The position numbers and the translations under genes are program-made. The notes under the pieces were generated by a model. The model was not told the origin of the DNA. It searched no databases and was given only the letters and a program-made list of their open reading frames with translations. DNA of 64,000 bases from Camelus ferus (lineage: Eukaryota): positions 47,742,001 through 47,806,000 of the forward strand of contig NC_045697.1 in NCBI RefSeq assembly GCF_009834535.1, given 5' to 3'. Below are positions 1-13,135 of this stretch, piece by piece (within the stretch, counting starts at the first letter, position 1; the number at the start of each line of letters is the position of its first letter).

Positions 1-804
1 AGCCACACTCCAAACACACACCAATTCCCAAGGAAAGACACCGATTCCAATTTATAAACAGACTTCAACCTTTCTTAACAGTGACATCAACATTCATTTC
101 TCTAAAATACAGCATACTGATACAATAAATTAGGGAGTGACGTGACACCAAATAGACAGAACAATGCAAATACAGATGTAGCTTTGGACTGTCACTTAGA
201 ATCAGTCCTTTTCAGAACAGCACTTGATTCCTTCCAACCACAGACTAAGATACCATTGCAAATGAGAGCAAAGGCATGACCTTAAAAATTAATATATCTT
301 CCCAATAAAGAGGAGGAATTCTTGAAAGTTCTCGTCAGTTGTTAGGGCTCAGCACTCTGCTGGTTCTAACAGAAAGATAAGAAACGTGAAGGCTTTAGAA
401 ATCCCTAGCCCTAGAGAACTAAGGAAAGCCTCTCTATCAGTTACTCCTCAGACCTCTTGATGCTCCCTATTAGACAAGAATTATAACTGAATGCTTTTTC
501 TTTTAAGTCTGCGTTGCGTCTGGAGAAATACATATTTTTAAGAAAATGTCTGACTCTTCCATGCAGGTAGGTAAGAACACATTTTGAGAAACTGTGTGTT
601 ATTTCTCTCTTGTGCTCAGGACAAGCTCATGATCTTCATCTTCCATTAGCCTTACCTTGAGCGCACAGAAAGTGAGGTTCCCTACCAAAATAATGAGGCT
701 CACTACCCAGAAGCACACTGTCTTCCTCAGATAACACCTTTTGCAGAAGGTGGGGCAGATAACTTTTCACCAGATTTTTTTCAACGACCAGCTAGGAGAA
801 CAAA

Positions 805-917
805 AATGAAAATCCTCCAAGGGCAGGAATTTTGTCCATTCTGTTCACTGTTGTATCCCAATGCCCCAGAACCTGACTAGCACATTGGTAGGCCCTCAGT
901 AAGCTTTTTTGCATGAA
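805..917 (+). mobile_element. L2 LINE 3' end fragment
   Basis: ctccaagggcaggaattttgtc...ttcactgttgtatccc...ctagcacattggtaggccctcagtaa resembles the L2 3' terminus. Confidence 0.75.
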
Positions 918-2569
918 GCATGCTATTTCAGCATGAGGAAATGGGAGTTTTTCATCTAAAATAAAACTTTAAGCTGTGAGGAAAAGTGTTGAAAAGAAGA
1001 TTCCATAGAAGTTGGCTCTGGCTTTGATCAACCTATATTTCATTTGTGAAATCCCAAATAATGATAGTATGATTCAGTGTTTGTGAGCATTGCGTGTCTT
1101 TAGTTAGAAAACCTGATTAATCCTAAAACCAACTACCTTGTTCCCAACGGTGAACAATTTCAAAGCACTAAATGCTTCAGATGGTTTGGCACATGATTTT
1201 CTCCCACAAACTCACTGGCACCCTATAGAAAGCCCTGAACAATCAAGTTCAGTACATACTACAAGGCTGGCCTTGGCCTCTGGCATAGGACAATAAAATA
1301 CAAAAGGAAACAAAAATTCTCTAAGCAGTGGGTGTCCCCAAGATAAACAACGTTTAAAAGGCTTCACCAAGAAATCTGATGGTCATACACAAACATCTTT
1401 TCTGCATTCCCAGCATAAACTACTTTTCCAGTGGGCTCAGTTTCAGGGTCCTAGTTAATCATTTGGCTGCAGTAAACACGAAAAGCAATCAATCTCATAG
1501 GCTCTGGAATTTGTGTAAAGACTTGCTGCCCTTAAAAGCTAGTTTCTCCAGTCTGGATATTTCTAACAGTTAACTGAAGGGATATAACCAACCTTCAACC
1601 AATAGGCCAGGACGCCCTTTGACCCAGCAAAGCTCCAGCAGGCTCTTCAAAAAAGGACAAGGAAAAGATGTTCCTTCTTTGAAATTATATGTAAAATAAA
1701 AACCCTTCATGGTATCTGAATACTACTTAAAGGCAAAGAAAGATGAAGGCATAACATCTTGGATGAAATGAAATGCTATCCAGTCCGTTGTTTTTCTGTC
1801 TGTGTCCTGCGAAGATGCCAGGTTGTGGGACTTGACGGGGGTCGAGACACAGGTAACCAACCAGTTCCCCAACCCAATCCAAACCCTGCAGCTCCACTTT
1901 TACCTCTTTCATATACTGGGAATTGTAAAAGAGATTTCACTTGAAAAATAGGTTCCTCTTCTGAAAGAAGTTTCAGAATTACTAATCTTGTCCAAAGTAG
2001 CACTTTTGCTTGAAGACAGGCTAAAACTGACATTTCAATTTCCTTTAGGAGTTTTCAGGGTTTTCCCGAGATGGGCTCCACAAGCTCTGAGACTTTCCTC
2101 CTGTCTGGGAAAACACGCAGAGCTGCTGGAATCGGCCTCTGTGCTAACTTGACTTGAAAAGAGAGTGAGCTGCATTACTGACCTTGAAAATTCTGACAGC
2201 ACAGTACCTTGATTTTCTGCTTCATTATGTCCAATCTAAGGATTTGCCACTGATGTACCCAACTTCCCACTCGCCTTTCCACGCTCCACTGCCCCTGGAG
2301 CCACCACTGCAGCTCTGACTTTGGCAAACACAGAAACACACAGAACACCTCAAACACCATGTGGTGAAAGAGAAGTGCCGATGGTGATAGCTAGCGGTGT
2401 TCCCAGGCTGTCACCAGCTTGCTTTCTCAAGGTTGGAAAATTGAGCCTCCTCCAGAGGACACAAGCCTTCATTGTGAGATTGACCAAATGCCTATCATGA
2501 GGTATGTTGCCAGAGGAAGAGATGAAAGGATATGAGAAAACCAATAAATAATGGAACATCCTCTAACAT

Positions 2570-2860
2570 GGCAAACTACCTAGCCATTTGAATCTGTATG
2601 CAGTGATGCAAAAAGATCTTCAAATGTATTATTAAGTGAAAAGGTAAAGAACTGTATGTATATTACACTCTCATTGAAGAAATACATATATGTATACATA
2701 TCTGGGTTGTTCATATGGAAAGTGTCTAGGAGACCCATGAATCAACAGATGGTGGTTCCTACAAAGAGACTGCAGGGAGTCTGCAGGGCATTGTATAACC
2801 TCTTTGTCTGTTTAAATTTTTAACTATGAGTATGTATTGAACTCATAATAATTTTTTAAT
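2570..2860 (+). mobile_element. Old L1ME-like 3' UTR fragment
   Basis: aaagatcttcaaatgtattattaagtgaaaa...tgtttaaatttttaactatgagtatgtatt; degenerate L1ME motifs. Confidence 0.55.
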
Positions 2861-3505
2861 ATTCCCAAAGGATACAGAAGACTGAGAAAAACTAACTCCT
2901 CAGAAACAGAATTGAAGGAGAAGGAAGCGGTAATGCAAACCCAAAGCTAGGTATGCAAAAGCAAACTGCGGATTTGCTGCCAAGGATGCTCAGGCCTTCG
3001 GGTCAATTAACTAAAACATGGCACTTGCTGTGGGCCTTTCATTCCACAGGCACTACCCTAGCTCTACCTTTTCCAGGATCATGCTGTTTCCAGTTACTGC
3101 CTCCTTAAAGAATTGCAGTGGAAGTCAAAATACAAAAGGCCAACACAATTCCAAATCTGGAGCTTTATATAACATGGAAAGAAATAGCAATATTGAAATG
3201 ACGCTCTCCAGAGAAAGGGAGTGAATTACATATTTTGAGAGTTTTAAAAGAAGACTATTTCTCCAGCCCATATTTCAAACTGAAAAGGTATTATTCACAG
3301 GAGAGTTGCGGCCCTTCTGCTGCCAACCATAAAAATGCCTCATTTTAACTTGATGAAACACAAGTCACATGGATTTTGCTGGTGCACATGTCCTACAGGT
3401 ACTACCAGAAACACTGTGCGTTCACGGTCACTATAATTTGCAGCAATAAACACTACTAAGAAAAGAAGGATGGATCTCCTTAAACATGAAATCAAAAAAG
3501 GCTGA

Positions 3506-3695
3506 GTATAACAAACTACCTTATACAAAATAGATAAACAACTGGGAGCCACTGTATAGTACATACATTCAATAGCTTGTAGCAGCCTATGATAAAAAAG
3601 AATATGAAAAAGAATATATATGTATAACTGAACCATGATGCTGTACACCAGAAACTAACACAACATTGTAAATCAACTGTAATTCAATTTTTTTA
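3506..3695 (+). mobile_element. L1 3' end, cetartiodactyl type, 5'-truncated
   Basis: aaaatagataaacaac...aaagaatatgaaaaagaatatatatgtataactgaa...gctgtacaccagaaactaacacaacattgtaaatcaact. Confidence 0.85.
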
Positions 3696-4149
3696 AGTTC
3701 CAAATAAAATTGTTTTTTTAATTAAAAGTATTTTTAAAAAGAGACTATCATGTTAAGTTATTGATCATCAGCGGCTATGGTCCTCAAACAAGCAGCGAGG
3801 ATCACCAGGATCCTTAACACAGGGAAACTTGATGCTTTAGACACATTTTGACATAAATAATTAAGGACACAAATACGTAATTCATAGCTATGTAGCATAT
3901 GAAAATTGGAGTGTTAATTTAAAAACACAAGAGCGCTTACTAAATCTCAATTCACTGATGAATTTAAGTTTTTTTTTCTTACATGATTTCAACAAACTTA
4001 CTTAGAAACCCTTTGGGTTTCCATCTTTTGTATTCTAGGTTGACACTGACTAGAAAGTGTTTAAGCTGTTCAATTTTAATATTATATTGACTTATTTTAT
4101 TATACAATGTTGTTTCAGCTGAAATTTAAACAGAGAGCTGGCTATTTTA

Positions 4150-4287
4150 CTAGGCTTCACTAGTTAGTAGCTCTGTGGTCTTGAACAAGTAACAGCCTTT
4201 CTTGAGCTTAATTTCTTCATCAATAAAATTAAAAATTTTAACCAGGTGGTCATTAAGCTGCCTTTGACCATAAAAGTCTATGATTCC
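4150..4287 (+). mobile_element. MIR/MIR3 SINE fragment
   Basis: tagctctgtggtcttgaacaagtaacagcctttcttgagcttaatttcttcatcaataaaat...ctatgattc core. Confidence 0.6.
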
Positions 4288-4759
4288 TTGAGTCTCCATT
4301 AGCAGCTTACTCACCAGTGAAAAAAGGAGTCATTTCTCTACTCTTCTAAACTAGCAAACCAAAAGTCCCAAGTAACTCTTTATTTCTAGAAGCTGTTCAT
4401 GTGTTTTGCAGAAGAGAAGCTCTTGGAATTCAGAATGAAGCAATGACAACTTCATCATATACTATGCCAGATAAGTTAGCTGATTTTCATTTCTATTTCA
4501 TAGGTCATCTCCAGATTGAACTCCCTCCACAGCATATGTCAGGAAAATCCTCACAATGAAAATTAGATTTGTTTTTCAACCCAGGAAAGCACCACAAAGA
4601 TCAAGTTATCAAACAATACAGCAGGCAAATTCTCCAACCAATGCTCAGTTTTCCTCAGACACAATCTCACCGTGCAATCTAGTACCCAAAATCCCTAACA
4701 TCTTAATAATAAAACTTACACAAAACACGTACATAGGGCCAAGGGTGGCTCACTCTACC

Positions 4760-5072
4760 TTGTTTAACACAATCCTTGTAGCAATTCTATAAGACAGACA
4801 TCATATCTGAATTTTAAACACAAGAGAACTGAAGTTAAGAGAGAGTATTTTATCAAACATCGCATAGCTGGAAGGAGGCAGAACTGGAACGTGAGCTCCT
4901 GGTCTGTCTGACATTCTCCACTCTCCTTACAAGCCTCTACTTGCCATTAACTGACTCCTTCCTCAGAGCCAGGTCTAAAGCCTTTTACATGTGTTACTAC
5001 ATTTAAGCCAACCTGCAATAAGTGGTATTATTCTCTCCATTTTACAGATGGGGAAATTGAAGCTCAGAGAGG
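4760..5072 (-). mobile_element. Two MIR SINE fragments
   Basis: gagaactgaagttaagagag and ccattttacagatggggaaattgaagctcagagagg (reverse MIR core). Confidence 0.7.
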
Positions 5073-6067
5073 ATCCATGAATTCCCTCTAGAAATAACGG
5101 CAATGCTGGAAGGAAAACAAAGTTTAATTGATTCCAAGACCATGGGATTTACCAATATGGAATACGGCCTCCCCACCAAGAACTCAGCTGTTGACTCACT
5201 CTATGCGAAAAATTACTTTGTCAACTCACAATACATTTCTTTCTTTAAAAGGGAGGTCAGATTTTTACAAGGCTGTAAATACTTCAAGCTGACAAAAAAG
5301 CACACCTTCTTCACCTTTTGGTCTAAAGGACCCAAAAAATGCCACATAATAGTGGTCAATTAATCTGTGTGAGATACTTGATTAACAATGAAAACAGGCT
5401 TGCAATACTTTAAGCCCTAAATCACAGTCTTCTACTAATAAAGTTATTCTGCTTTGGGAATTAAAAAAAAGAAACAATGAGTGAGTGAATGAATGTTTTG
5501 CCTCCTTGTGTATCAAGTACTTTAGAAAGGTGACCTGCAGAAATACAAATCATTGTGCTAAGATTTTCAGTGAGATGCAGTGGATGGGATAAATGTCCAT
5601 CTCAACTTTTTCCTAGAGTCCTGCTAAAATGAAAGAAAAGAGATAAAAGTATACAAATCCATGTCAAAGAGAAGAGAAAATAACAGTGGATGCTGGTGAT
5701 CACAATTTTTAAAGAAGGAAAGCAGATAGACAAATAGTGACTGATATTTTAGGTTTCTTAGCTTGAAATGCCTTTAAGGGGCAGCCAACGTTGCAGAACC
5801 CTGGAAAGGTTGAAAATGAGAGCTATCAGATACCTCTGACCACCCCCAGAACCCTGGTGGAAGAATGAGGATTTAACTTGTGAAGAAGCTGAACCAGAAA
5901 TGCTCTGAACCAGGGATTACCAAGCACAGCTGAGTGAAACATCTTTCTGAAAGAAGACAAGTGAAAGCCTGAACACTCAATGGGGAGACAACCAGCCTCC
6001 ATCCCAATGTGTCTCCCAGAAATGCTGGATTCCGGGCTCCTTTTGCAGAAAGATCCAAAATCAAATG

Positions 6068-6233
6068 ACAGAAAGGGAGGAGAGAAAGAAGGAGGAGGAG
6101 GATTAGAAGAAGGGGGGAGGGGGAGAGGAGAAGAGGGGGAGGGGAGGAGGGGAGGGGAGGAGGGGGAGAGGAGGAGTGGGGGAAGGGAGGAGGAGAAGCA
6201 GGGTGGAGAGGAGGAGAGGGGAGGGGAGGAGAA
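6068..6233 (+). repeat. Polypurine (GGA/GGGGA) low-complexity tract
   Basis: Almost only G and A for ~165 bp, directly visible. Confidence 0.95.
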
Positions 6234-7061
6234 CAGATGTGTGTTCCAAGGAGGAAACAGACAATGGAAAGCAGAAGAAAGTCATGAATGCAATAATTTA
6301 AGAATATTTTCCAGCACTGAAGGGCATAAGATCCCATAATGAAAGCATGTCCTGTGTGCTTAGCACAATGAATAAAAAACAAAACAAAACCAAAAACTAC
6401 ACCACAGTACATCATCATGAAATTTCAGAGTACCAGTGATAAAGAGAAGATCCTAAAATATTCTAGAAGGGGGTAAAAACTCAGTCACAAACACATGATT
6501 GTGAATCACAATGGCTTAAGTCTTCACAGTATCACTGAAAGACAGAAGCTAATGGCACAATATCTCCAAAATTCTGAGGGAAATCACTTACAACCTGGAA
6601 TTCTGTAGCTGGCCTTATTATTAGTTGATGCTTACTCAACTAACTTGGAATCCCAAACTCTGAGCATCTCATACAGGAGGGAACTTAAGGGAAGATTGAG
6701 AATGAGTACTGTCACAAATCTAGAAAACATCCAAGAAAGAGTGAGGCAGGATTTTGGATGACTGGATAGATGTCTCCCATTAAAACAAAAAAGATTTGAC
6801 ATAAGATCTGATTTTTTAACCATATTGAGAGCATCATTAGAGTTCAGTCAGAATGTTCAGGAAAAAATTATGATAGACACATAGGAAACTAAATAAACAA
6901 AGATTTAATTATGGATTCCCAAAAAACTCCATGAGTTATGTGAAAAATCAGTGTAATTGTTGTACACAATGTGGCAAACCCATGATCAATATTTACATGA
7001 CCATAATAAACTCAGCCCTAGAAATCAATTTCATAAAAAATGTGATAAAACTATACTGGGG

Positions 7062-7275
7062 GCATATTTACAGATGAAAGTATAGGATTTCTGAGATTTG
7101 CTTCAAAATATTCTCTCTAGGGGAATGCAAAGGGGCAGGAAGGCAGCAGATACGGATATAGTAAGATTAACCATACTTAATAATTGTTGAAGCTGTGTGA
7201 TGAGCACAGGGGGTCCACTCTCTTAGTCTCACTACTTGTTGTGTGTAATTTTCCATAATTAAAAGTTTTTCAAAA
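7062..7275 (+). mobile_element. L1MC/MD/ME 3' end nested in the HAL1-like element
   Basis: atatttacagatgaaa...gagatttgcttcaaaata...taattgttgaagctg...ttttccataat; degenerate flanking duplication aaaactatactggg / aaaataataatggg. Confidence 0.7.
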
Positions 7276-8234
7276 ATAATAATGGGAGGATGGGAAGGGT
7301 GAAGGTGTTACAGAATATGAAGAAGAAGGATGTATGGGGTGTGTGTATATAAGAGAACTACATTCCAATCTCCTATGGAAATCAATAGATATTATCTATA
7401 CCTTAAAAAAATCAAGAAATAAAAACAGCAGTATAACCATGTGATTTTGCCATGGGAAGAACATGCCTGAAGAAACAGATGAAAGTATTAAAAGCAGCTG
7501 CTTCTGGAAGGTGAGAGAACTTGGGTAGGGGGGTACCGTTTTTCACTGTAAGTCTTGTTTCACTACTGGTATTTTAAAACTGTTCACATTATTTGCTAAT
7601 GAAATGAACATAGCAATTAAAAATTGTTTGATACAGTATTTGTATATTGAATGCATTGTTAAAATATCATTTAATGCAGTTCTTATATAGCTTTCTCGAT
7701 AAGAAAAATATAAAAATATTTGTAAACTTCATAAACTGAAGTTATTGAGCTCACTGAGGCTGCTGACTTCCAAAATAGACCTGCATGTAGCCACAGTGTA
7801 ACTTCTGGGCTTCTAATAGCTCAGTAAGGTTCTCTATTCCTCCCCTTAGCACACTGCGCCCACCTCAGGATGGTTCCTCCAAGCGAGTGACTTTGATGTA
7901 TCCATGAGAACATAATAAAAATAACAAAATAAAATACTAATAATGGAAATAGAAGTAGAGAATTAAAAACAGCCCCGTTTTCACCTCTTTTGGCTTGTAT
8001 GTGGCTCCTGGCCCCTTAAGGCCTCTTGGAAATTAACTGTGGAAATCACTAAGCACGAATGGCCTCACTCCAACCACTGCCCTTTCTGGGAGCTGCCCAC
8101 TCAGAGCTGTCCACCCAGAGTAAGGCACATTGCAAAGTTCTCTTGGTTCAATGCCCACAACTATCATCCTTCTGGAAACTGACTCAGCACTTTCAGAACA
8201 GACTGAGATAATTAGGTGAGGTTTATTTTAGAAG

Positions 8235-8830
8235 ATGACGCCTAACATTGGAGACAGTATTGGAAATGGGTACTCTTATATACTGTTGATGTTGATGAGA
8301 TTATATTCTGGCACAATCTTTCTGGAAGGTAATTGAACAATAAATATAGGAAGGCTTAAAAATGAATTTTTTTTCCTCTCAGCAATTTCACTTTCAGGTA
8401 TTTATCCAAAGAAAACAATCAGTAGTTTGCACAAAAATTTAGTTACAAGAATGTTTATCATAGCACTGCTTATAACAGGAAAAACATTGCAAACAACCTA
8501 AATGTCCAAACACAGGAGGCCGCTGGTACACTTGACTAAATTAGATCATGTAGTCATTAAAATAATTCAACAGAAAGATATTTAATGACTTGGAAAAATA
8601 GCTATTACACAGTATTAAGTGAAAAAATATTATAGAATAGAATACACATTATCTCATTTTTGTAAATATACGTGAATCTATAAGCAAAGAAATGCACTTC
8701 AAAGAATATACATCAAAAACAACTGTTATCTGGGATTTGAAATTTTTCCAGCAAATCTCCTTTTCACATATGTATATTTTGTTCAATGAACATATATCAC
8801 TTTATAATGAAAGAAGTAAAAAGTTGGGTT
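8235..8830 (+). mobile_element. L1ME-like ORF2 end and 3' UTR fragment
   Basis: cagcaatttcactttcaggtatttatccaaagaaa...aatgtttatcatagcactgcttataa...aaacaacctaaatgtcc. Confidence 0.75.
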
Positions 8831-9183
8831 TTTTTTAAAGCTGATCAAGCAAAGACTATACAGAGGGCTAAGAAGTACTGATCTTTTTTAATGTTACATA
8901 CATATACTAATTTTTTAATAAGAAAGAGTGAAAAAAAAGATAATGGCCAAGTAGCAATGTTGGTTTTTGAAATGTATTTGTTGGCCCAAATAATAATTCT
9001 CCAAAGTCAAGGAATACAGTCTCATCAAAGTTTTATCAGTTTTTCTAGTCTTTCCAGAAACATCAAGTTTTGACACTGGTCATTCTCTTTATTTTATGTT
9101 TGCTTCTATTTCATTAATACCTGTTCCTATAGTCATTATTTTCTCCCTTCTTTCTTTAGGTTTCATTTATTATTCATTTTTAC

Positions 9184-9376
9184 TTAAGTATAGTTGGTTT
9201 ACAATGTTGTGTTAATTTCTGGTGTACAGCATAGTGATTCAGTTATATATATGTGTGTATATGTATATATGTGTGTGTGTATATATATATATATGTGTGT
9301 GTATATATATATATATATTCTTTTTCATATTCTTTCTTATAATAGGCTATTACAATGTATTGAATATATGTCCCTG
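9184..9376 (-). mobile_element. Younger cetartiodactyl L1 3' end with (TA/TG)n microsatellite, inserted in the old L1M
   Basis: aagtatagttggtttacaatgttgtgttaatttctggtgtacagcatagtgattcagttata...ttctttttcatattctt. Confidence 0.85.
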
Positions 9377-11443
9377 CATTTATTATTCTTTTCTCCAACT
9401 TCTTGAGATTTTTCACCCTTTCTTTTAAAATTTTTATTTATATATATTTTAAGTTTTTAAATTTCTCTTTATTCTATACTTTTGTGTACTTTACAGTATT
9501 TTTTATCATTTTGTTCAAAATGTTTTCTAATTTCTCTATTGATTTCTTCTTTGATCTATTATTTAGAAAAATATTGACATTTTGAAAAATACATGGAAAT
9601 TTTCTAAGTAGTTTTTGTTAGTAATTTTTAGCTTTATTTCTCAGTGCTCAGAAATGTACTTTTTAGATTTTAATTTTTTGGAAATTAAGACTTGCTTTAT
9701 GCTTGGTTCATGTTCACTTCTGGCAAAAGTACAATGTGCACTTGAAAGAAATGTGTATTTTGCAGTTGTGTATACTGTTCTATACGCTGTGTATCAGTTA
9801 AGTAGGTTGATGAATTTGTTCAAATATTCTATATCCTCTAATTTTTTTCTGTCCACTTATCCATGAGTTATTAGGAAAGGTATGTTAAAATCTCCCATTG
9901 TCACTGTGGGTTTGTCTGTGTCTCCTTGCCATTCTATCAATTTTTGTTTTATATATTTTGAAGCCATGTTATTAGGTATATACACATTTAAAAGCAGTGC
10001 ATATTCCTGGTGGACTGACCTGTTTATCATTATGAAATGATGCTCTAAGTAATTCTTCTTGTCTTAAGATATCATAGTTATACTAGTAATCTTTTATTTA
10101 GTGTTCACATGGTTTTCCATTTTCTAAACTTGTGCTTTCAGTGTTTCTGAATCTTTATATTTAAGATATGTTTCTTGTAAGTGCCATACAGTAGATTTGT
10201 TTGTTTATTTTCCTAGTCTGATAATCTTTATCTTTTAATGGGAGGTTTTAATATTTTATATTTAATGGAATTAAATGTATATTTATGTTTAAATCTTTCA
10301 CCTTACTATTTGCTTTATATTTGCTCCTCTTTCCCTTTTTGCCTTATTTTGGATTTATCAAGAATTTTTTATTATTCTATTTCCCCCCTTAATTTGCTTG
10401 TTAGTTATGCATTCCTTAACTATGCTTTTTATTTGATACTCTAGAAATTATCATACATCCTTGACCTATTAAAATCTAATCTAAATTAGTATTTTTACTA
10501 CATCCTAGATCATGCAAGGACCTTCAAATATTTTTTCTCTATTTAATCCTCTCCCAACCTATGTACTATTTTGGTTGTGTATTTTAATTATATATACATA
10601 TGTTTATGTTTAATTACTTTTTGAATAGTCAATAATCATTAAAATTAACTCACATATTTACCACTTTTTTTGTTCTTCATTCCTTCCTACATCCCTGAGC
10701 TTCCTTCTTGTATAACTTTTCTACTGCCTAAAGAACATTCTTTAAGGATTTTGTTAAGTGTAGACTTGCTAACAATAAATTTTCTCAGTTTGTTTGTCTG
10801 AAAATGTCTTTCTTCACCACTTTGAAAATATCTTTTCATTGTTTTCTGGCTTTCATTATGTTCATTGGAAAATCATCTTAGTATCTTGTCTTTCCTTTTA
10901 AGGTAATATATCTTTATTCTCTGGCTAATTTTATAATTTTCATGTTGTGTTGGTTCTCAGTTTTTATACTAAGGTTTCTTTTTGTCCTTTATTCTGTGTA
11001 GGGTTCAAAGTGTTTGATGTCTCTCAGTTACTCTTCAAATGCTGCTTCCCTGTTCCATCTCTCCTCTCCTTCTTGTATAATTGGGACACCAATTACACAA
11101 ATGCTGTACCTTTCACTAGATTTCATTTGTCTCTTACATTGTTTACTGTATTTTCCTTTCTTCTTGATCTCTGTGCTTAAGAGTAAATATTTTCTTCTGC
11201 TCTTTTAGTTCACTATTTCACTCTTCAACTATGTCAAATCTGTTAAAGTCATCAGTGAGTTCTTAATTTCAATTGTTGTAGTTTGATAATTATATAACTT
11301 TATTTGGTTCTTTTTCTTAATTTCCAGTTATCTACTGCAATTCTCAAGTCTTATCTTTTAATTCCTTGAATGTATTAATCACAGTTGTTGTAAAGACTGT
11401 GATAATTCCATTATCTGAGACCCTAGTTGGTCTTTTTCCATTA

Positions 11444-11445
<2 letters not shown>

Positions 11446-11475
<30 letters not shown>
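11446..11475. repeat. Poly(T)30 tract
   Basis: Directly visible. Confidence 0.95.
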
Positions 11476-12399
11476 CAGTTACATCTTGTTTTCTCATGTG
11501 CCTGGCTATTTCTGCTTGAGGAGAGAACAATTTATATTTTTTTAAAAAAGTAGTAGAGATCATTGGAGGCTCTGGATGATGCTATCTTCCTCCAGAGAGG
11601 AATAATTTCACTTTCAGCAGGCAGCTAGTCTAAGGGCACCAATAATTCTAAAGTCATCTTAATCCAACCAGGGATTGACCTGATTCACAGCTCAGCTCCA
11701 GTCTTTGTGGGACTAGTCTATTTCCTGCTTATTCTTGCTTCTAGGATGCAATCAATCCTTCAGGTTCTCAAGTGACAGTCTAGGGTATTTGCCGGCCCTG
11801 CTCCCAAGTAGGCCCTAGTCCCATTTTGATTCTGCATTGGCTCCATGATTGTATTAAAAGCTGTGCTCAGTTTCTTAGCCTCTCAACCACTGCTTTTGGG
11901 ATATTTCCTCACCTGTATCTTGGTCCTATAATTTCTTACTATCTCAATAGCTCTCCTAATGCCTTTAAGCAAAACGTTTTTCATATTTTGCATACATTTT
12001 CCAGTTACTTTGGGGGGAGAGTGGTTTAAAATAATATAGCCCACCATTGCCAAAAGAAAACTCACTTACCTAACAAGTTTTTAAAATTAAATCCCAAATA
12101 AATGTGTTTTTTTTCCATAACCTACTTCAAATCAGCCCCAAACTACGCTCCGTTAAATACAAGTGAAAAGGATAGTTCGTGTACTCCAGAGGTAATAAGC
12201 CAAATATCAGCTTCCATGAGAGCAGAATCTTCTAAAAACAAAACAAAAAGAATCTCCCAGACACCATTCAATGTTTTATCTGTGGCTCTGACTTGTGACC
12301 TTTCTAAAAGCCATTTCCTCTCTCAAAAGGAAAAAGAAAGTCCAAGTATCTTTTTTCCCCTTGCCAGTAGTTTATGTCATTACAAAATTAAAGATGACT

Positions 12400-12510
12400 T
12401 TAAAGGTCTTCTAGCTCAACACTCTCACTTTACAAACGAGGAAACTGAAGGTCAGAGAGGTGAAATAATGTGCTCATGGTCATACAGGTTTCTAAAAGAG
12501 TTAGAAAACT
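12400..12510 (-). mobile_element. MIR fragment
   Basis: ctcactttacaaacgaggaaactgaaggtcagagaggtgaaataatgtgctcatggtcatacag. Confidence 0.75.
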
Positions 12511-12599
12511 AATCCTGTTCACACTGATGGCATCTGGCACTAGACATTTAAAAATTTTTTTAAAAAGCACAACTTCAGAAAAAGTTTACTAAAGAAATA

Positions 12600-13135
12600 A
12601 ATAAAATGGAGCATAACCAATCACAATGTCTGGACCTAATATGAATCCTTATGAACAAACCAAGGGCAATTAGAGACAGAAAATTGAGCATGGCTGAATA
12701 TCTGAAGTTATTAAGGAACGATTAATTATTTTATTAAGTGTGAAAACATTTGCTTATATTTTTTAAAGTATCACTATCATTTATACACATATTGAATATT
12801 TATTGATGGAAAGATATCATTGGATTTACTTTAAAATAATACATGATAGGGGGGCAGTGCCAAGATGGAGGAGTAGAAGGACACATAGCTCACCCCCTCC
12901 CACAAATACACCGAAAATTACATCTACAGACCCACCAATTCACACAGAATACCTACTGAACTTTGGCAGGATATCTCTTACTTCGAAATAAAATAATACA
13001 AGATGGGAAGAAGCAAGTGACTGTGCAGATTAAATAAACTGGCCATGAATTGATAGGTGGTGATAATACATAGGAACTCATTACATTATTCTTTTGTATT
13101 TGTTTGGAATTTTCCATAATAAACAGTAAAAATAA
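12600..13135 (+). mobile_element. Old L1MC/ME 3' UTR fragment, interrupted at 12851-12988
   Basis: tgaatatttattgatgg...tggatttactttaaaataatac|...ctggccatgaattgata...ggaattttccataataaa. Confidence 0.7.
12851..12988 (+). mobile_element. Short retroposed L1 5'-end-only element with TSD
   Basis: Starts GGGGCAGTGCCAAGATGGAGGAGTAGAAGGAC (L1 5' start with YY1-like CAAGATGG); flanked by taaaataatacatgatagg (12832-12850) and taaaataatacaagatggg (12989-13007). Confidence 0.75.

Larger units (their letters stand above)
5590..7610 (+). mobile_element. HAL1-like (half-L1) element with decayed ORF1 and 3' end
   Basis: ORF1-like catcatcatgaaatttcagagtaccagtgataaagagaagatcctaaaa...ctccaaaattctgagggaaa...caacctggaattctgtagc; no ORF2; HAL1-type 3' region near 7300-7610. 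Confidence 0.65.
9060..12060 (-). mobile_element. Large decayed L1M (L1MC/ME class), antisense
   Basis: T-rich; atgtgcacttgaaagaaatgtgtattttgcagttg, gttaaaatctcccattgtcactgtgggtttgtct, aataaattttctcagtttgtttgtctgaaaatgtcttt. Confidence 0.8.

Noticed and set aside
5873..6418. 181-aa Pro/Ser-rich and 119-aa Gly/Glu-rich ORFs
   Set aside because: Both come from translating the stop-free GA low-complexity tract inside a HAL1-like relic
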